Positions 20,816-31,063 of a DNA stretch of 64,000 bases are shown here, in pieces. A program made the position numbers and the translations under genes. The stretch covers positions 32,676 through 96,675 of the IMG/VR virus record IMGVR_UViG_3300017934_000005; one strand, given 5' to 3'. The DNA comes from a virus. The notes below the pieces were generated by a model. The model ran no database searches and was not told the DNA's origin. It worked only from the letters and a program-made list of their open reading frames with translations. How positions within the stretch are numbered: position 1 is the stretch's first letter; each line of letters starts with the position of its first letter.

Positions 20816-21983
20816 ACTCCTCACTACCGGCCATTGCCACACCTAAGGGTTTCAAGGTATGGAGAATTCTGATCGTGGGTCCCATTTCACGGAGTACATC
20901 AGGCAATCGCTTGTAGCAATCTGGGCTTTCATCCAGACCGGAACCGCGAAGCTCAATACCGGATTGGGTCAGCCAAGAATTCATCATAGCATTCGTTACT
21001 CTGCCCGGCCTGGTTATCTCTCCAGTTTTCCGATTTCGTTTGCCCGCCGCTTCCATTCGACCCATCACCCTCCCTGCACCATGGACGGTAGAGTAAAAAG
21101 TGCGTTCGGACTCAAAACCGGCTTCGGCTCCTTCGATGATAACTGCCGACTCAGCCATAGTGCCTCCAACAAATCCTCTCTGTCCGGGAAACGCAGGAGT
21201 CGCACCTTTTCGTACAACATACAGGTCTTTGCCATTGTGTTTTTCGAGCCAGGAAAAATTGTGATGGTTGTGGACCTGTTCAAGAATCTGTCCTCCTATG
21301 ATATTAGCCACTTTCTGGCAGACCCAATCACGGCCAGCGTAGGCGTACCATCCCGCCAACTGCATAGCTTCCTGATACTGCACCCCCAGATCAGAGCAAG
21401 CATCCAAAACCAAGGGCTCGACATCCATACCGTCTTTCGCGCCTCCAGCCTTCAGAAACCAAGTCGCGGTCTTGTGTCCAAGTCCACGGGAACCAAAGTG
21501 AACACCTACCCAGATGCGCTCAAGTTCATCCTCGAAGATGTCAACGTAGTGATTCCCCGAGCCCACGGTACCAAGCTGGTCCTGGGCTAAGTCCTTCAGG
21601 TCTTTGTTGGCTTCAAGATGCCAAAGATTCGCGTCATCGAACATAGGGTGATCAATGACACTAGCATTTTTCCGGCCAATGCCGAAACTGATTTCTTTCC
21701 AAACAGAATCCATAAGCCGGCTAATATTTTCACGCACGTACTGAACAGGAACATCGAGACGAACAGCTTTGTTACCGCAGCCGATGTCATACCCGACGCC
21801 AGATGGAGAGATAGCATTTTCATAAGCTAGAACGCCTCCTATTGGAACCGCATAGCCTTTGTGGTGATCGGCCATCAGTGCTGCGCCCACGACTCGAGGA
21901 TCACGGGCGCATGTTATGATCTGAACCAGTGCGCCGTGATCCATAGGCCAACCATAGACCGGGATGTTCTCAACGATGTGCAT
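20796..21983 (-). CDS. rtcB: RtcB-family RNA ligase
   Basis: MADHHKGY, VGYDIGCG, GTVGSGNHY, HFGSRG, HNHHN, RKGAT, HGAGR, DESPDCYK. Confidence 0.95.
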   Translation of the reverse strand: MHIVENIPVYGWPMDHGALVQIITCARDPRVVGAALMADHHKGYAVPIGGVLAYENAISPSGVGYDIGCGNKAVRLDVPVQYVRENISRLMDSVWKEISFGIGRKNASVIDHPMFDDANLWHLEANKDLKDLAQDQLGTVGSGNHYVDIFEDELERIWVGVHFGSRGLGHKTATWFLKAGGAKDGMDVEPLVLDACSDLGVQYQEAMQLAGWYAYAGRDWVCQKVANIIGGQILEQVHNHHNFSWLEKHNGKDLYVVRKGATPAFPGQRGFVGGTMAESAVIIEGAEAGFESERTFYSTVHGAGRVMGRMEAAGKRNRKTGEITRPGRVTNAMMNSWLTQSGIELRGSGLDESPDCYKRLPDVLREMGPTIRILHTLKPLGVAMAGSEEYDPYKD

Positions 21984-23574
21984 TTTTCTTTTTCTTTTTC
22001 TTTCGTTTTGGTTCTAAATACCCGCTTGGGATGTTGTTGCAGTCCTTCGGACCCTTCTCACAGAATTCACATCGCTCATAGGATCGAGCGAAGATCGAGG
22101 GTTCATTTTCGTAATTCTTTTCCAGACACGGATTGCAAATAAACATGTTATCCCCTCAAAAGAAGTGCGACAAAGATCAGGAGTCCGACCACGATAGCAA
22201 TTGCCACGGTACCCGAGTTAACGAATCCATCTCCCGCTCTGGACTTCATAAGCCACTACTCCTGTCTCAGGATCGGTCACTGGAACCAAGTTAGGATCAA
22301 ATATTTGGGGCGGTCGAGCCGCGTTCCGGGCTCGCTTGCGCTCTACGTAGGCCGCATGGCCTCCCCAACTCTTTTTCTCCCTATGACTCTTCTCTTGCTT
22401 TTTGCCTCGACCGTCCTCATTCCTCATTTCGACTCCTCAAGCGCATTAGCTTTAGCCAACAATTCCTTCGCTTCAGCTAATTGGTCTGTCAGGCGAACAA
22501 CATCTTTTGAGTATTCTTCAATGAGACTTAGTTTTGCAGTTTGAAAAGTCGGATAATAAGACTCGTGCCAACCACCTACCTTGGCAGTTCGGATTTCACG
22601 GTTGTAGAATTTGTCTTTCAAAACCACGAAAGCTTTGGTTTCGCGGACAACTTCAACGGTTTCAATTTTTCCGTATTTCACCCGATACCAAGTCATATAT
22701 TTGTCCTCATGACTTCGGTCTCACCACTGAACATCAGGACTACGGAGCCTTGAATTCTAAATGCCTTCATCTGAGCCAGAATAAGTTCGTACCACTTCTC
22801 GGCGGTCTCAAGCTCTTTCAGATCGTAGCCACGAGACCGGGCTCCACTGGGCATCTCGGTTGCGATCAAAATATCGGTCGGCATTAGTCGCCTTTCGGAA
22901 ATCCGTTTTTCTGAATGGAAAGCACGAAATTAAACTTCGTCACAGTCGTATCTCCTGGAATCTGTGAAAGTACCCGAGCTAGAATCCGACGAACATCACT
23001 GACGGTTTTTATTTTCAGGTCCGACTTGATCTTCATTCAGTCTCCATACTGAAAACCAATCCCTCTTCATTGGTCTTCAAAGCGTCAAGAATCAGGTCAG
23101 CCTCGGTGTAGCCGGCATCCTTGAGACCCTGGAAATAAGGAGCCCAGTCTTTGGTGATCAGGACCGGGACTGAAAACTTTTCTTCCGGCCAAAGGCGAGC
23201 AACCAGGACCTTGCGAAGATTGTAACTGACCGGCACGGATCGAACCTGCGGCCGATAAGCTAATGGCATTGCCATCTATTTCTCCTTGAACCCAATTTGC
23301 GTGTAAGCATCACACAATCGTTCAGCAGCTTTTTCAGAAACCCCAATTGCCACGGTTTGTCTCCAGATGGCAGTCCAATGCTTGGTTTTGGAATTGAACC
23401 TATCTTCATGAAATTCTACTCTCCAATTACTTTCGTTTTCCGATCCGTCCCAGTGACATGAGGGATATAAATCTGCACTCATGTGTGGGGGCTCATTAAC
23501 CGGCTTAGGCATCAGAATAAACATGCTCAACGCTAGAAGCCCCAAACCGGACAAAACGAACAGAAACTTTTTCA

Positions 23575-23913
23575 TCACCAGATTCCTTTCAATGCGCCAA
23601 TTTGAGCCAGGCCCAGCATGACGGCGTTGTGAGCTTTGTTCCTACTACCGCAATTCGGAGTACTGTACATATGAGCCATTTCGTGCAAGAGAAAGAAACA
23701 ACAGAGTCGGCGAAAATATCTGAACTGCTTTCCTATCGTGATCGTATCCTCGCCATCCCACATCGCCATATTGCCGCGAAACGGTTTGTCTGAGAATCTG
23801 ACCCTAACATCCTCGTTCAACTCGTTGTTGAAGTAGGCCCGGTTATAGGCTTTGTAAAGCTTTGTAAGCGACCAGGCCGTGCCATCAAGACCAACTGTGA
23901 TCATTCGAGACAT
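23575..23913 (-). CDS. SprT-like protein (paralog of 15226..15600)
   Basis: YNRAYFNNEL...LLHEMAH. Confidence 0.7.
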   Translation of the reverse strand: MSRMITVGLDGTAWSLTKLYKAYNRAYFNNELNEDVRVRFSDKPFRGNMAMWDGEDTITIGKQFRYFRRLCCFFLLHEMAHMYSTPNCGSRNKAHNAVMLGLAQIGALKGIW

Positions 23914-25469
23914 TACTGCTGCTCCGTGTTCTCCCCTCCGTATTGACCAACCGACTCTTTAGGAGTGTTTATGGTTCGACGCTTGTCGTAGATATCGCTA
24001 CCTTCCGATTTCTCGATCCAGTAGCGCTTACCTCCCTCTGTAAAAGCCTTTGCATACGGCTTGTCCTCGATGAACTTGTTTTCGCCGGTTGTAATGAACC
24101 CAGTTATTTCCGAGCCGTCTGGGAAGATGAAATCCACTTTCTTGGTGTCATCGTTGTAGAGTACTTGAGCTTTGACGAGACCAGCAAAGTCTCCTTTCGG
24201 TCTATAATACTCGGTGACAGCACCCTGACTAGCATCATAACGTTGGCCGGCAATGGTATACTCTTTTTCGACGTACTCGATCTTCAAGTACTCCATGTTC
24301 TGGTGTGCGGCATCGGGATTGGCCGGATCAATGACCGGCTTCTTGAAATGGATACGCACATTGAAATTGTCGCCGCGAGTGGTCTGATACTTGAACGGCA
24401 CGATCCAGCCATTTGCGTCCGTACTCTTCTCCCACAGATCGACGGGTTGACCTACTTTAGCAATCTCAATCTTGAAGAGTTGAGTCGGAGGATATCCGAT
24501 CCGCTCCTCTTTTGGTTTTGGCTTGAAGAGAGCATCGAGTAAGGAACCCTGACGAATCACATCCTGGACCGATGTGACGCCCGAAATTTGTTCCAGGATA
24601 TCCGGGATGCCAAAACCAGGGTCTCCTTCTTTATCGTTGTCTATGAGAACCAGAGCCATGCCTCCCGAGGGAGGAAAGAAAATTTTCAGCCGTGGCTTAG
24701 ACTCAAGGGTATTGTCATGGACAACAGTTCCCTCGATGTAGTCTCCATTGTTGTTATCCGGTTTCTCCTGGTTGATGATCTTATAATTCACCAATAAGAT
24801 CGCTTGCTTCGCCGGCTTCCATACAAACTCGTTGGGATCGTCCATGTGAAGCGGATCGACTTCTTTGCGATCATAGGTACGATTCACGCTGATTTGAGCC
24901 GTCTCAATGATTTTTAGAGTCCCGTCCTTCTTTGCACCCTCGATCTGCTCACTGGTGAACGGAAACGCTTCGGTTACGTCTTGCTCCAAGAAAATCTTTC
25001 GTGGATTGTAACCCCCGACAAGCTCGGCCTCGGGACCGTAACTCGGCACCTGGCCCATCTGTTGTTTAAACTGGGCATCAAGTTCAGCGGCTCGGATACG
25101 AGCGTAAGTAGCTTCGGTAACTTCCTCTTCGTGTTCCAGGTCCGAGCGGAGATTGAAAGTCTCGATATACTTACGATTGTCTTCAGACTTCGGATCAAGA
25201 ATTTGTTTCAGGTCTTCAAGGACCTTGTCCAATTGTTCCCGAACCTTGGCAACCGGGACGCGGCCATACACGATCACGAATTGACTCTCGCCTTTTTGCT
25301 GAGCCCAGAAGATACGGTCTGCGTAGGCAAAAGCCGCAAGTTTCTGCTTCTCAGTCCAGCCTTTGGCATTGCCCTCGTCCCAAAAACGTTGTCTGTATGG
25401 AGGCGCACAGCCGGCCATTGCAAAAAGTGAAGCTAAGACTGCGAATTTTACGATCTTGTTCAATTTCAT
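23913..25469 (-). CDS. Large lipoprotein, unknown function
   Basis: MKLNKIVK + hydrophobic stretch + AMAG-C lipobox; 518 aa. Confidence 0.7.
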   Translation of the reverse strand: MKLNKIVKFAVLASLFAMAGCAPPYRQRFWDEGNAKGWTEKQKLAAFAYADRIFWAQQKGESQFVIVYGRVPVAKVREQLDKVLEDLKQILDPKSEDNRKYIETFNLRSDLEHEEEVTEATYARIRAAELDAQFKQQMGQVPSYGPEAELVGGYNPRKIFLEQDVTEAFPFTSEQIEGAKKDGTLKIIETAQISVNRTYDRKEVDPLHMDDPNEFVWKPAKQAILLVNYKIINQEKPDNNNGDYIEGTVVHDNTLESKPRLKIFFPPSGGMALVLIDNDKEGDPGFGIPDILEQISGVTSVQDVIRQGSLLDALFKPKPKEERIGYPPTQLFKIEIAKVGQPVDLWEKSTDANGWIVPFKYQTTRGDNFNVRIHFKKPVIDPANPDAAHQNMEYLKIEYVEKEYTIAGQRYDASQGAVTEYYRPKGDFAGLVKAQVLYNDDTKKVDFIFPDGSEITGFITTGENKFIEDKPYAKAFTEGGKRYWIEKSEGSDIYDKRRTINTPKESVGQYGGENTEQQ

Positions 25470-26935
25470 TGGACACTAACTCCTGTTATAATTTTGTTCA
25501 GATACTCCAACGTTTGAGCTGGCTCCATCTTGCGAAGATTTTGTAATTCTTTTGGATGTGCTCGAAAATAAGACTCCAGAGTTGCTCGATCCTTAGCACT
25601 AAACATTCGCTGGTACATCTCGATCAGATAATGCGGGACTCGGTCAGATTCCATACTTACGTTATCTTGACCGCCGAGGCCGGCCCGGAAAGCTTCTTTA
25701 GCGATATCCACAATTTCATCATGATGTGATTCCAACCACTCCATCGTTTTCTGGCGACCGCCCAGGAGTGTAGGATCGTAATGAAGAGCCATGACCATGC
25801 GGAAAACCGAATTATTGTCTCCGCGAATGTTGTTGACAGCACCCCACCAGAGTGGATCGGAATAAAATTCCGGGATTACCACGCTCTGGAAAAAGTCTAG
25901 GTTCTCTTTCTGAACCAGTTGCAACTGATCGTAGTAATATTTGTATCTGGCTTCATCATACACGATGTTGCCGGCTAGATCGAATTTGAACACGTCTTTT
26001 TCCATCTGTTTGAAATCAAAACTGAAGTAGATTTCATCGATTTCTCGCAGATCGCTGAAGTAACCGTGTTCAGCCAAATCCATGCGATTCTCAGCCCAGA
26101 GACCTTCCGGGATTGAGGCTTCCATCTCAACATCAAAAGCCTCCTCCATCGGGAATTTCTGAAAGTTGATATTGCCGTGAACCATTTCGTGAGCCATCAC
26201 CTTAGGCTTGCCGGTGATGTAATCCAACATGCGGGCTTCAGGATTGTAATAGATCAAACCCGTGTTGATCCAGGTCACGCCCAGGATTCCGTTTGGAATC
26301 TCGGTAGGATAGCCGAGATGCAGTTCTCGCGGCACAAAATCGGATACCCTGGATGGCTTCGGAAGATGATGAAGCTCACGGAAGGTAATGTTGTAACCGG
26401 GAACTTTTTCGTCAAGTTGTGCGCTTAAGTCCTTGACACTGATGCCCAGCTTTTCGGCCCGAGCCTTAATTGCAAGATCGTAAATGACCTTGTAATAATC
26501 AAAATCCAGTTTGGCTGCTTCCTGAACGACCGATTTCAGATCATCAACATCTGCGAAAGCTTGTTCTTTGGTGATGATCTTCTGACCACAAAGGCTTGTG
26601 ACCTGGACATTGCCATCCGGTCGAATGACATAGTTATCCAGGACAATCTTCATACTGGCTGGATTCGCGGTCACGGAATCCGTCGAGACCACATCGGTCT
26701 GGACTGAAATGCTTTGACTCTGAGAAAAATGTAGTCGTTGCGTGTCCGTGGAAGTCTGGTTACATTGCCAATTCCCCATTAGGGTACGCATGACTTCTTC
26801 GCGTTGATGCAGAGCATCCGTGGTCTGAGCGATGCCGGGCGGAAAATACGAGGGAAGCGACTTCGCTGTCTGGGCTGAAGCCATGACTGAGGACAAAAGC
26901 AAGAACACAACTGCGAATAAATTTCGAACCTTCAT
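25466..26935 (-). CDS. Secreted HExxH zincin-like protein
   Basis: Sec signal (…MASA-Q), AHEMVH plus downstream EMEA. Confidence 0.6.
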   Translation of the reverse strand: MKVRNLFAVVFLLLSSVMASAQTAKSLPSYFPPGIAQTTDALHQREEVMRTLMGNWQCNQTSTDTQRLHFSQSQSISVQTDVVSTDSVTANPASMKIVLDNYVIRPDGNVQVTSLCGQKIITKEQAFADVDDLKSVVQEAAKLDFDYYKVIYDLAIKARAEKLGISVKDLSAQLDEKVPGYNITFRELHHLPKPSRVSDFVPRELHLGYPTEIPNGILGVTWINTGLIYYNPEARMLDYITGKPKVMAHEMVHGNINFQKFPMEEAFDVEMEASIPEGLWAENRMDLAEHGYFSDLREIDEIYFSFDFKQMEKDVFKFDLAGNIVYDEARYKYYYDQLQLVQKENLDFFQSVVIPEFYSDPLWWGAVNNIRGDNNSVFRMVMALHYDPTLLGGRQKTMEWLESHHDEIVDIAKEAFRAGLGGQDNVSMESDRVPHYLIEMYQRMFSAKDRATLESYFRAHPKELQNLRKMEPAQTLEYLNKIITGVSVQ

Positions 26936-27002
26936 TCTTCCTCCAACGGGTTTTTACTACGAATTACCTAAGAAAACTACGAATGTTCTGACCCACAATT
27001 AC

Positions 27003-27031
27003 AAAATACCAGAATCACTCCGCATTGTCAA
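27003..27031 (-). promoter_or_regulatory. Sigma70-type promoter
   Basis: TTGACA-17 bp-TATTTT, TGG before -10. Confidence 0.75.
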
Positions 27032-27042
27032 GAGAATTTTTC

Positions 27043-27268
27043 GGGAATTATCCCTTTAACTCTCTCAAAGTTTGATATTATTGATCCATTCGGCGTCATA
27101 AAACATTGATGACGCGGGCGTTATTTTAGACCGTTTTTCAACATACTTTTCATGCAGCCAAAACATAAGCCAAATTAAAGGCACTCCTATATCCCAAATT
27201 AACAAACACATTCGAGTTATTGTCATTTTCTTTCTCCTTCAGTTAAGGTAGTTAAAGGGATAATTCCC
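27043..27268. mobile_element. Non-autonomous IS1595-family cassette (MITE/MIC 2), 226 bp
   Basis: Perfect 19-bp TIR GGGAATTATCCCTTTAACT; 7-bp direct repeat ATTTTTC at 27036-27042 and 27269-27275. Confidence 0.85.
27065..27226 (-). CDS. Cassette cargo: 53-aa membrane peptide (not in ORF track)
   Basis: GAAGGAG RBS; MTITRMCLLIWDIGVPLIWLMFWLHEKYVEKRSK... Confidence 0.6.
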   Translation of the reverse strand: MTITRMCLLIWDIGVPLIWLMFWLHEKYVEKRSKITPASSMFYDAEWINNIKL

Positions 27269-27398
27269 ATTTTTCAATCCAAATCGTGTTGTTTGGAAAG
27301 ACAGGTTGCACACCATTCTTCGCACATAGCAAACCGATGACGCCAGTACATAATTCTTGCACGAAGCAGAGACCAGACTGCGGATAAGATTTGCTTGA

Positions 27399-28325
27399 TC
27401 ATTTGGGAAAGAGTTTATAAAATTTCGGGAAAGACTCTCCGCGACCAAGGATGGAATCCACTAGATTTCGACCGTCGAAAACACTCACTTGGAATCCAGC
27501 GGCATTCTTGTGACCACCCCCGCCGAGTTCTTTGGCAATTGCGGAGACATCCACATCATTTCGAGACCGCAAGCTGAATTGCATGACGCCGTCACCACGT
27601 TCAAAATAACCGATACCAATTCCATCACAAAGTTTAGCGAGTTCGCCGGCAACTTCGGAGATGTTCATGTAAAGAGCGTTGATGATCAGGACCGGATACC
27701 CACTCAGAGTTCCTTTCTGACCGTGGGGAAGGGCTTCGCGCACGTAATGCTTAATGTGAGCTAGGGCTCCCTGACCTTTGAAAGCAGCCTCTTCGTGGGT
27801 CTTCATGGACGTCAGTCCTTCCCAGGCTTGAATCTCGTAGGGTAGCGTCATAATGTAGGCGTTGACTTCATCAGTCTGTGGAAGTTGTTTACGCCACAGA
27901 TCACGATCCTCAACGTAATCCACGTACCACGGTCGAGGCAAATTAATTGGTTTCGGGAGAACCCAAGTAGTGGGATTCTGCGGCATTTGATAGGCATCTT
28001 TGCCAAAAAGATAGTCCCAGGTCAGACCGGCACCGCTTCGTCCCATATCAAATGTGGCAAAATCCAATCCCTGTAATGTTTCTTGCGCCGTTTTGTGGTG
28101 GTCCAGGATTCGAAATGATCTAGTACACGACGCCATTTCAATATTCTGTTCTCGGGTTCGCCAACTAAAGTCAACGACTAGGACATCTTTGCTCTTCACT
28201 TCGGCATAGGGCGGCTCTAGACCATAGTCACGGGCAAGAAGTTTTGCTTCAGGATAGCGTTGGTGCGCGATGAACGCAGCGCAGAAACCATCGGGGCAAT
28301 TGTTATGATAGATTATCAGGTCCAT
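27399..28325 (-). CDS. DHH/DHHA1 phosphoesterase
   Basis: YHNNCPDG, VDFS, LDHH, SGA, DRDLW, SLRS, GGGHKNAAGF. Confidence 0.9.
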   Translation of the reverse strand: MDLIIYHNNCPDGFCAAFIAHQRYPEAKLLARDYGLEPPYAEVKSKDVLVVDFSWRTREQNIEMASCTRSFRILDHHKTAQETLQGLDFATFDMGRSGAGLTWDYLFGKDAYQMPQNPTTWVLPKPINLPRPWYVDYVEDRDLWRKQLPQTDEVNAYIMTLPYEIQAWEGLTSMKTHEEAAFKGQGALAHIKHYVREALPHGQKGTLSGYPVLIINALYMNISEVAGELAKLCDGIGIGYFERGDGVMQFSLRSRNDVDVSAIAKELGGGGHKNAAGFQVSVFDGRNLVDSILGRGESFPKFYKLFPK

Positions 28326-28795
28326 TTTTTATTTGACTCCAAGTTGGATTGTCGCCTGGTTGATAGTCTTCGTCAGTGGGATTAACAGGCGGGTAAATCA
28401 TTGGCTCTTCAATCTTCTTTCCGATGTACTCTAGTGCATCGAGGGGTTTTAGGCAGGCAGGAATATTTATGGTCTGAGTATGGTGCTCTGGATAGCAGGC
28501 TTCACCATGTCGAATGTAGTCACGGTAGATACGAACCTTACGCTCAAGTTCGATGACTTTGTTATGGAGAGCATCAATGACCTGATTCTCGGCCTGACTC
28601 GTGATACTCGTCATTATCTTGGACACACTGAGTTGAGTCTTCAGAATGCGATTTTCATGCTGAAGTTGAGAGTAAGCCACAGCATTATTCTTTTTCTCTT
28701 CAAGATAAAGTGCTGCGTCATTCTCAGCCACGTTATGCGCTTTGGCTAATTCAACCTTGAGCTTTTCAACTTCTTTCTTTCGATTCTGGTAGGAT

Positions 28796-29431
28796 TTAAC
28801 AGATGGCACGGTTTGTTGTCCTCGATTGTTTCTGTGTATCACGATAGATTTTGGCTTGGTTCTTCCATCCACGTTTTAAAGTTTGAAACATCAGGGCTCG
28901 AACTTCGGTAGCAAAGGCTTCGGCTTCGGGCATGGCCTCAATGAATTCTTTCACACGTTGAACCAGGATAAGCCGGCGCTTACTGAAGTGAGGCTTGATT
29001 CGCTTCTTGGGGCCGATACCCAGGCGAGGCTTTGGATTCACAGGCTCAGTCTGACGAAACTGATCTGGGATGATCAGGTTGTATTTCTTCGCCAGTTCTC
29101 GTATTTCTTTGTGACCGATTCGAACCTTGGCGAAACGTTGTTCACAGACCACGGAGCTACGATGACGCCAGCCACAAACACCACAATTAATCATCTTTCC
29201 CAGGTCAGGGTTGCGGCCGGAAAAACTCCGTTCCCTAAAACTTTGTTGGAAGGACTCGACGGCTTTTAACAAGTCCGCAGAAGCAGCATTTGCTTGTTCT
29301 GACACGACATCATCTGCTTGCGCTGGCACGGTCTGAGAAAAAGTGTTTACGTCGATTGGAGGATACTTCTCGTTAGTGTCCACCTTTAGTCCTTTCATGT
29401 GGGCAAATTCCGCCATTGCGATATCTTCCAC
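28796..29431 (-). CDS. Hypothetical protein with Zn-ribbon-like motif
   Basis: CGVCGWRH...C. Confidence 0.45.
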   Translation of the reverse strand: MEDIAMAEFAHMKGLKVDTNEKYPPIDVNTFSQTVPAQADDVVSEQANAASADLLKAVESFQQSFRERSFSGRNPDLGKMINCGVCGWRHRSSVVCEQRFAKVRIGHKEIRELAKKYNLIIPDQFRQTEPVNPKPRLGIGPKKRIKPHFSKRRLILVQRVKEFIEAMPEAEAFATEVRALMFQTLKRGWKNQAKIYRDTQKQSRTTNRAIC

Positions 29432-29795
29432 AATTGCAGTTATAGCAAAGTAGTCTTAAACTTTTTGGATATCGGTGTTTGACAACCCAAAGATAAAAAG
29501 CCCATGATTTTCCTACTCTTCGCTTGTGAGCAGCGCCGTCATTTTTAACATGATCCAGAGTTAGGAATAAAGATTCTAGTTCACCACAACATGAACATTT
29601 ATTGCCATAATAGGCATAAATTTTAAACAGAAGAGCAGCATATTTTTGTTGTCTACGCTCTTTGCTTCTCAAGTAATACTGATGGTGCCAACGACTATAC
29701 AGCGCCTTGTTTTCAAGATAATGTTGCCGCTGATACTGTCTCAGGTGCTCTCTATTTCTTCTTCTCCATTTTTGTTGAGGGGTTTCTTTTCTCAT
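29373..29795 (-). CDS. HNH endonuclease
   Basis: CSCCGE...LTLDHVKNDG...LLCYNCN; basic N-terminal repeats. Confidence 0.8.
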   Translation of the reverse strand: MRKETPQQKWRRRNREHLRQYQRQHYLENKALYSRWHHQYYLRSKERRQQKYAALLFKIYAYYGNKCSCCGELESLFLTLDHVKNDGAAHKRRVGKSWAFYLWVVKHRYPKSLRLLCYNCNCGRYRNGGICPHERTKGGH

Positions 29796-30407
29796 TTAAT
29801 GACCACCCGGAGTTCGATCATCGGGTGGAAAGGGGAATAACAGTCTTCCTTCTGTCGGATCGTCCCGGAAAGGCACGATGAGTTTTGCTCGATTTCCCAT
29901 AAAAAGTTTGTGACACTCTTCAATATAACGTATAAAAGTAGGATTCAGATCAATGTAAGCCCGCTCGATGTCGGCTTGAGAAACCAGATCAATTCTGGGC
30001 ACTTTGGTCTGCTGGGCTCGCCATATGTGTGTCTCGATGACGGTTGCGCCTGTTGGATTGCCATCTCGATCTTTGATAGACTTTTCTCGTTGGTACAACT
30101 CCATTCGTTCATGTTTTTTGTTTAGCTCCCATATAGCTTTAGCGTTGCCATTCTGGAGCAAATCCATGGCTTCTGCGTAGCCAATTAGTTGTCTGCAACT
30201 GCAGCGCTGGATATCGCCGTGTTTGGTTGATTTGAGTTTGAGGGCAAAGTATTGATGACCCTCGGTGATTTGGAGAGGCCGAAATAGGTCTTCAGGATCG
30301 GGACCGTCTAAAACGTACCTGAAGCCGTCCACCAGAGTACCCTTTAGACTTACAACGGGTTCTGTTGGACATGAATGGACGAGGACTGAATAAATTAGGT
30401 TTCGCAT
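29796..30407 (-). CDS. Hypothetical protein downstream of promoter-like motif
   Basis: 203-aa ORF starting 8 nt after the motif at 30415. Confidence 0.55.
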   Translation of the reverse strand: MRNLIYSVLVHSCPTEPVVSLKGTLVDGFRYVLDGPDPEDLFRPLQITEGHQYFALKLKSTKHGDIQRCSCRQLIGYAEAMDLLQNGNAKAIWELNKKHERMELYQREKSIKDRDGNPTGATVIETHIWRAQQTKVPRIDLVSQADIERAYIDLNPTFIRYIEECHKLFMGNRAKLIVPFRDDPTEGRLLFPFPPDDRTPGGH

Positions 30408-30840
30408 CTTCCGCTAATATAGGTTCCGATAGGAACGCGATTTTCTTCGGCCGTCCTCGGGGCCGCTTATGCCCATTCTTATGATGAACAGTTTCTCCTC
30501 GTCCTACTTGCAGCAAGCCCTGAACTATCCCCTTGATAACGATAGGAGATACACTCAATTCAGCAGCAACCTGACCCCTGGTCATGCCCATCCGAAAGTA
30601 AAGATGAATGACTCGAATCCAGCGGGCTGCGCCTTTGCGTTGACGAGCGTCGGTACTAAATTTCGGGAAGGACCGGAGAATGATTTCCCTTACTTTTTTA
30701 TCGTCCAGGACCCATTCGGGCACACTTTTCTTATCATCAGATCGAGGCTTGATGATCTGATGCCCGTGTGTCATGAACGGGTCCTTGGCGTCGATTTTTC
30801 GGCTAAGCTGCTTATTTATGTACCGAAGGTCTTCCATCAA
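30292..30840 (-). CDS. Sigma region-4-like HTH DNA-binding protein with AT-hook
   Basis: RVIHLYFRMGMTRGQVAAELSVS; RPRGRPKK. Confidence 0.55.
   Translation of the reverse strand: MMEDLRYINKQLSRKIDAKDPFMTHGHQIIKPRSDDKKSVPEWVLDDKKVREIILRSFPKFSTDARQRKGAARWIRVIHLYFRMGMTRGQVAAELSVSPIVIKGIVQGLLQVGRGETVHHKNGHKRPRGRPKKIAFLSEPILAEDAKPNLFSPRPFMSNRTRCKSKGYSGGRLQVRFRRSRS
30415..30441 (-). promoter_or_regulatory. Phage-specific promoter-like motif, copy 1
   Basis: ATCGCGTTCCTATCGGAACCTATATTA; repeated at 49799, 50185, 63737 and partially at 63633. Confidence 0.65.
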
Positions 30841-31063
30841 CGACTCTTTTCAGGGTCTGGGTTGCCTCCTTTAGCCATGCTCTTGTCGAACTGCTTGCCC
30901 GCGAAAGTGTTCGGCGGAGGCGGGGCTACTGGGGAGCAGCGCCTACAAAGATATCTAAAATTCAGTGAAGGATTCTCTACTTCAATGAATTCTCTACAAT
31001 CTTCCGTAGAACGTCCCTTGCTTGAATTAGGGTGTTTCTTGCCGCTACACTGAACCTTTACAC

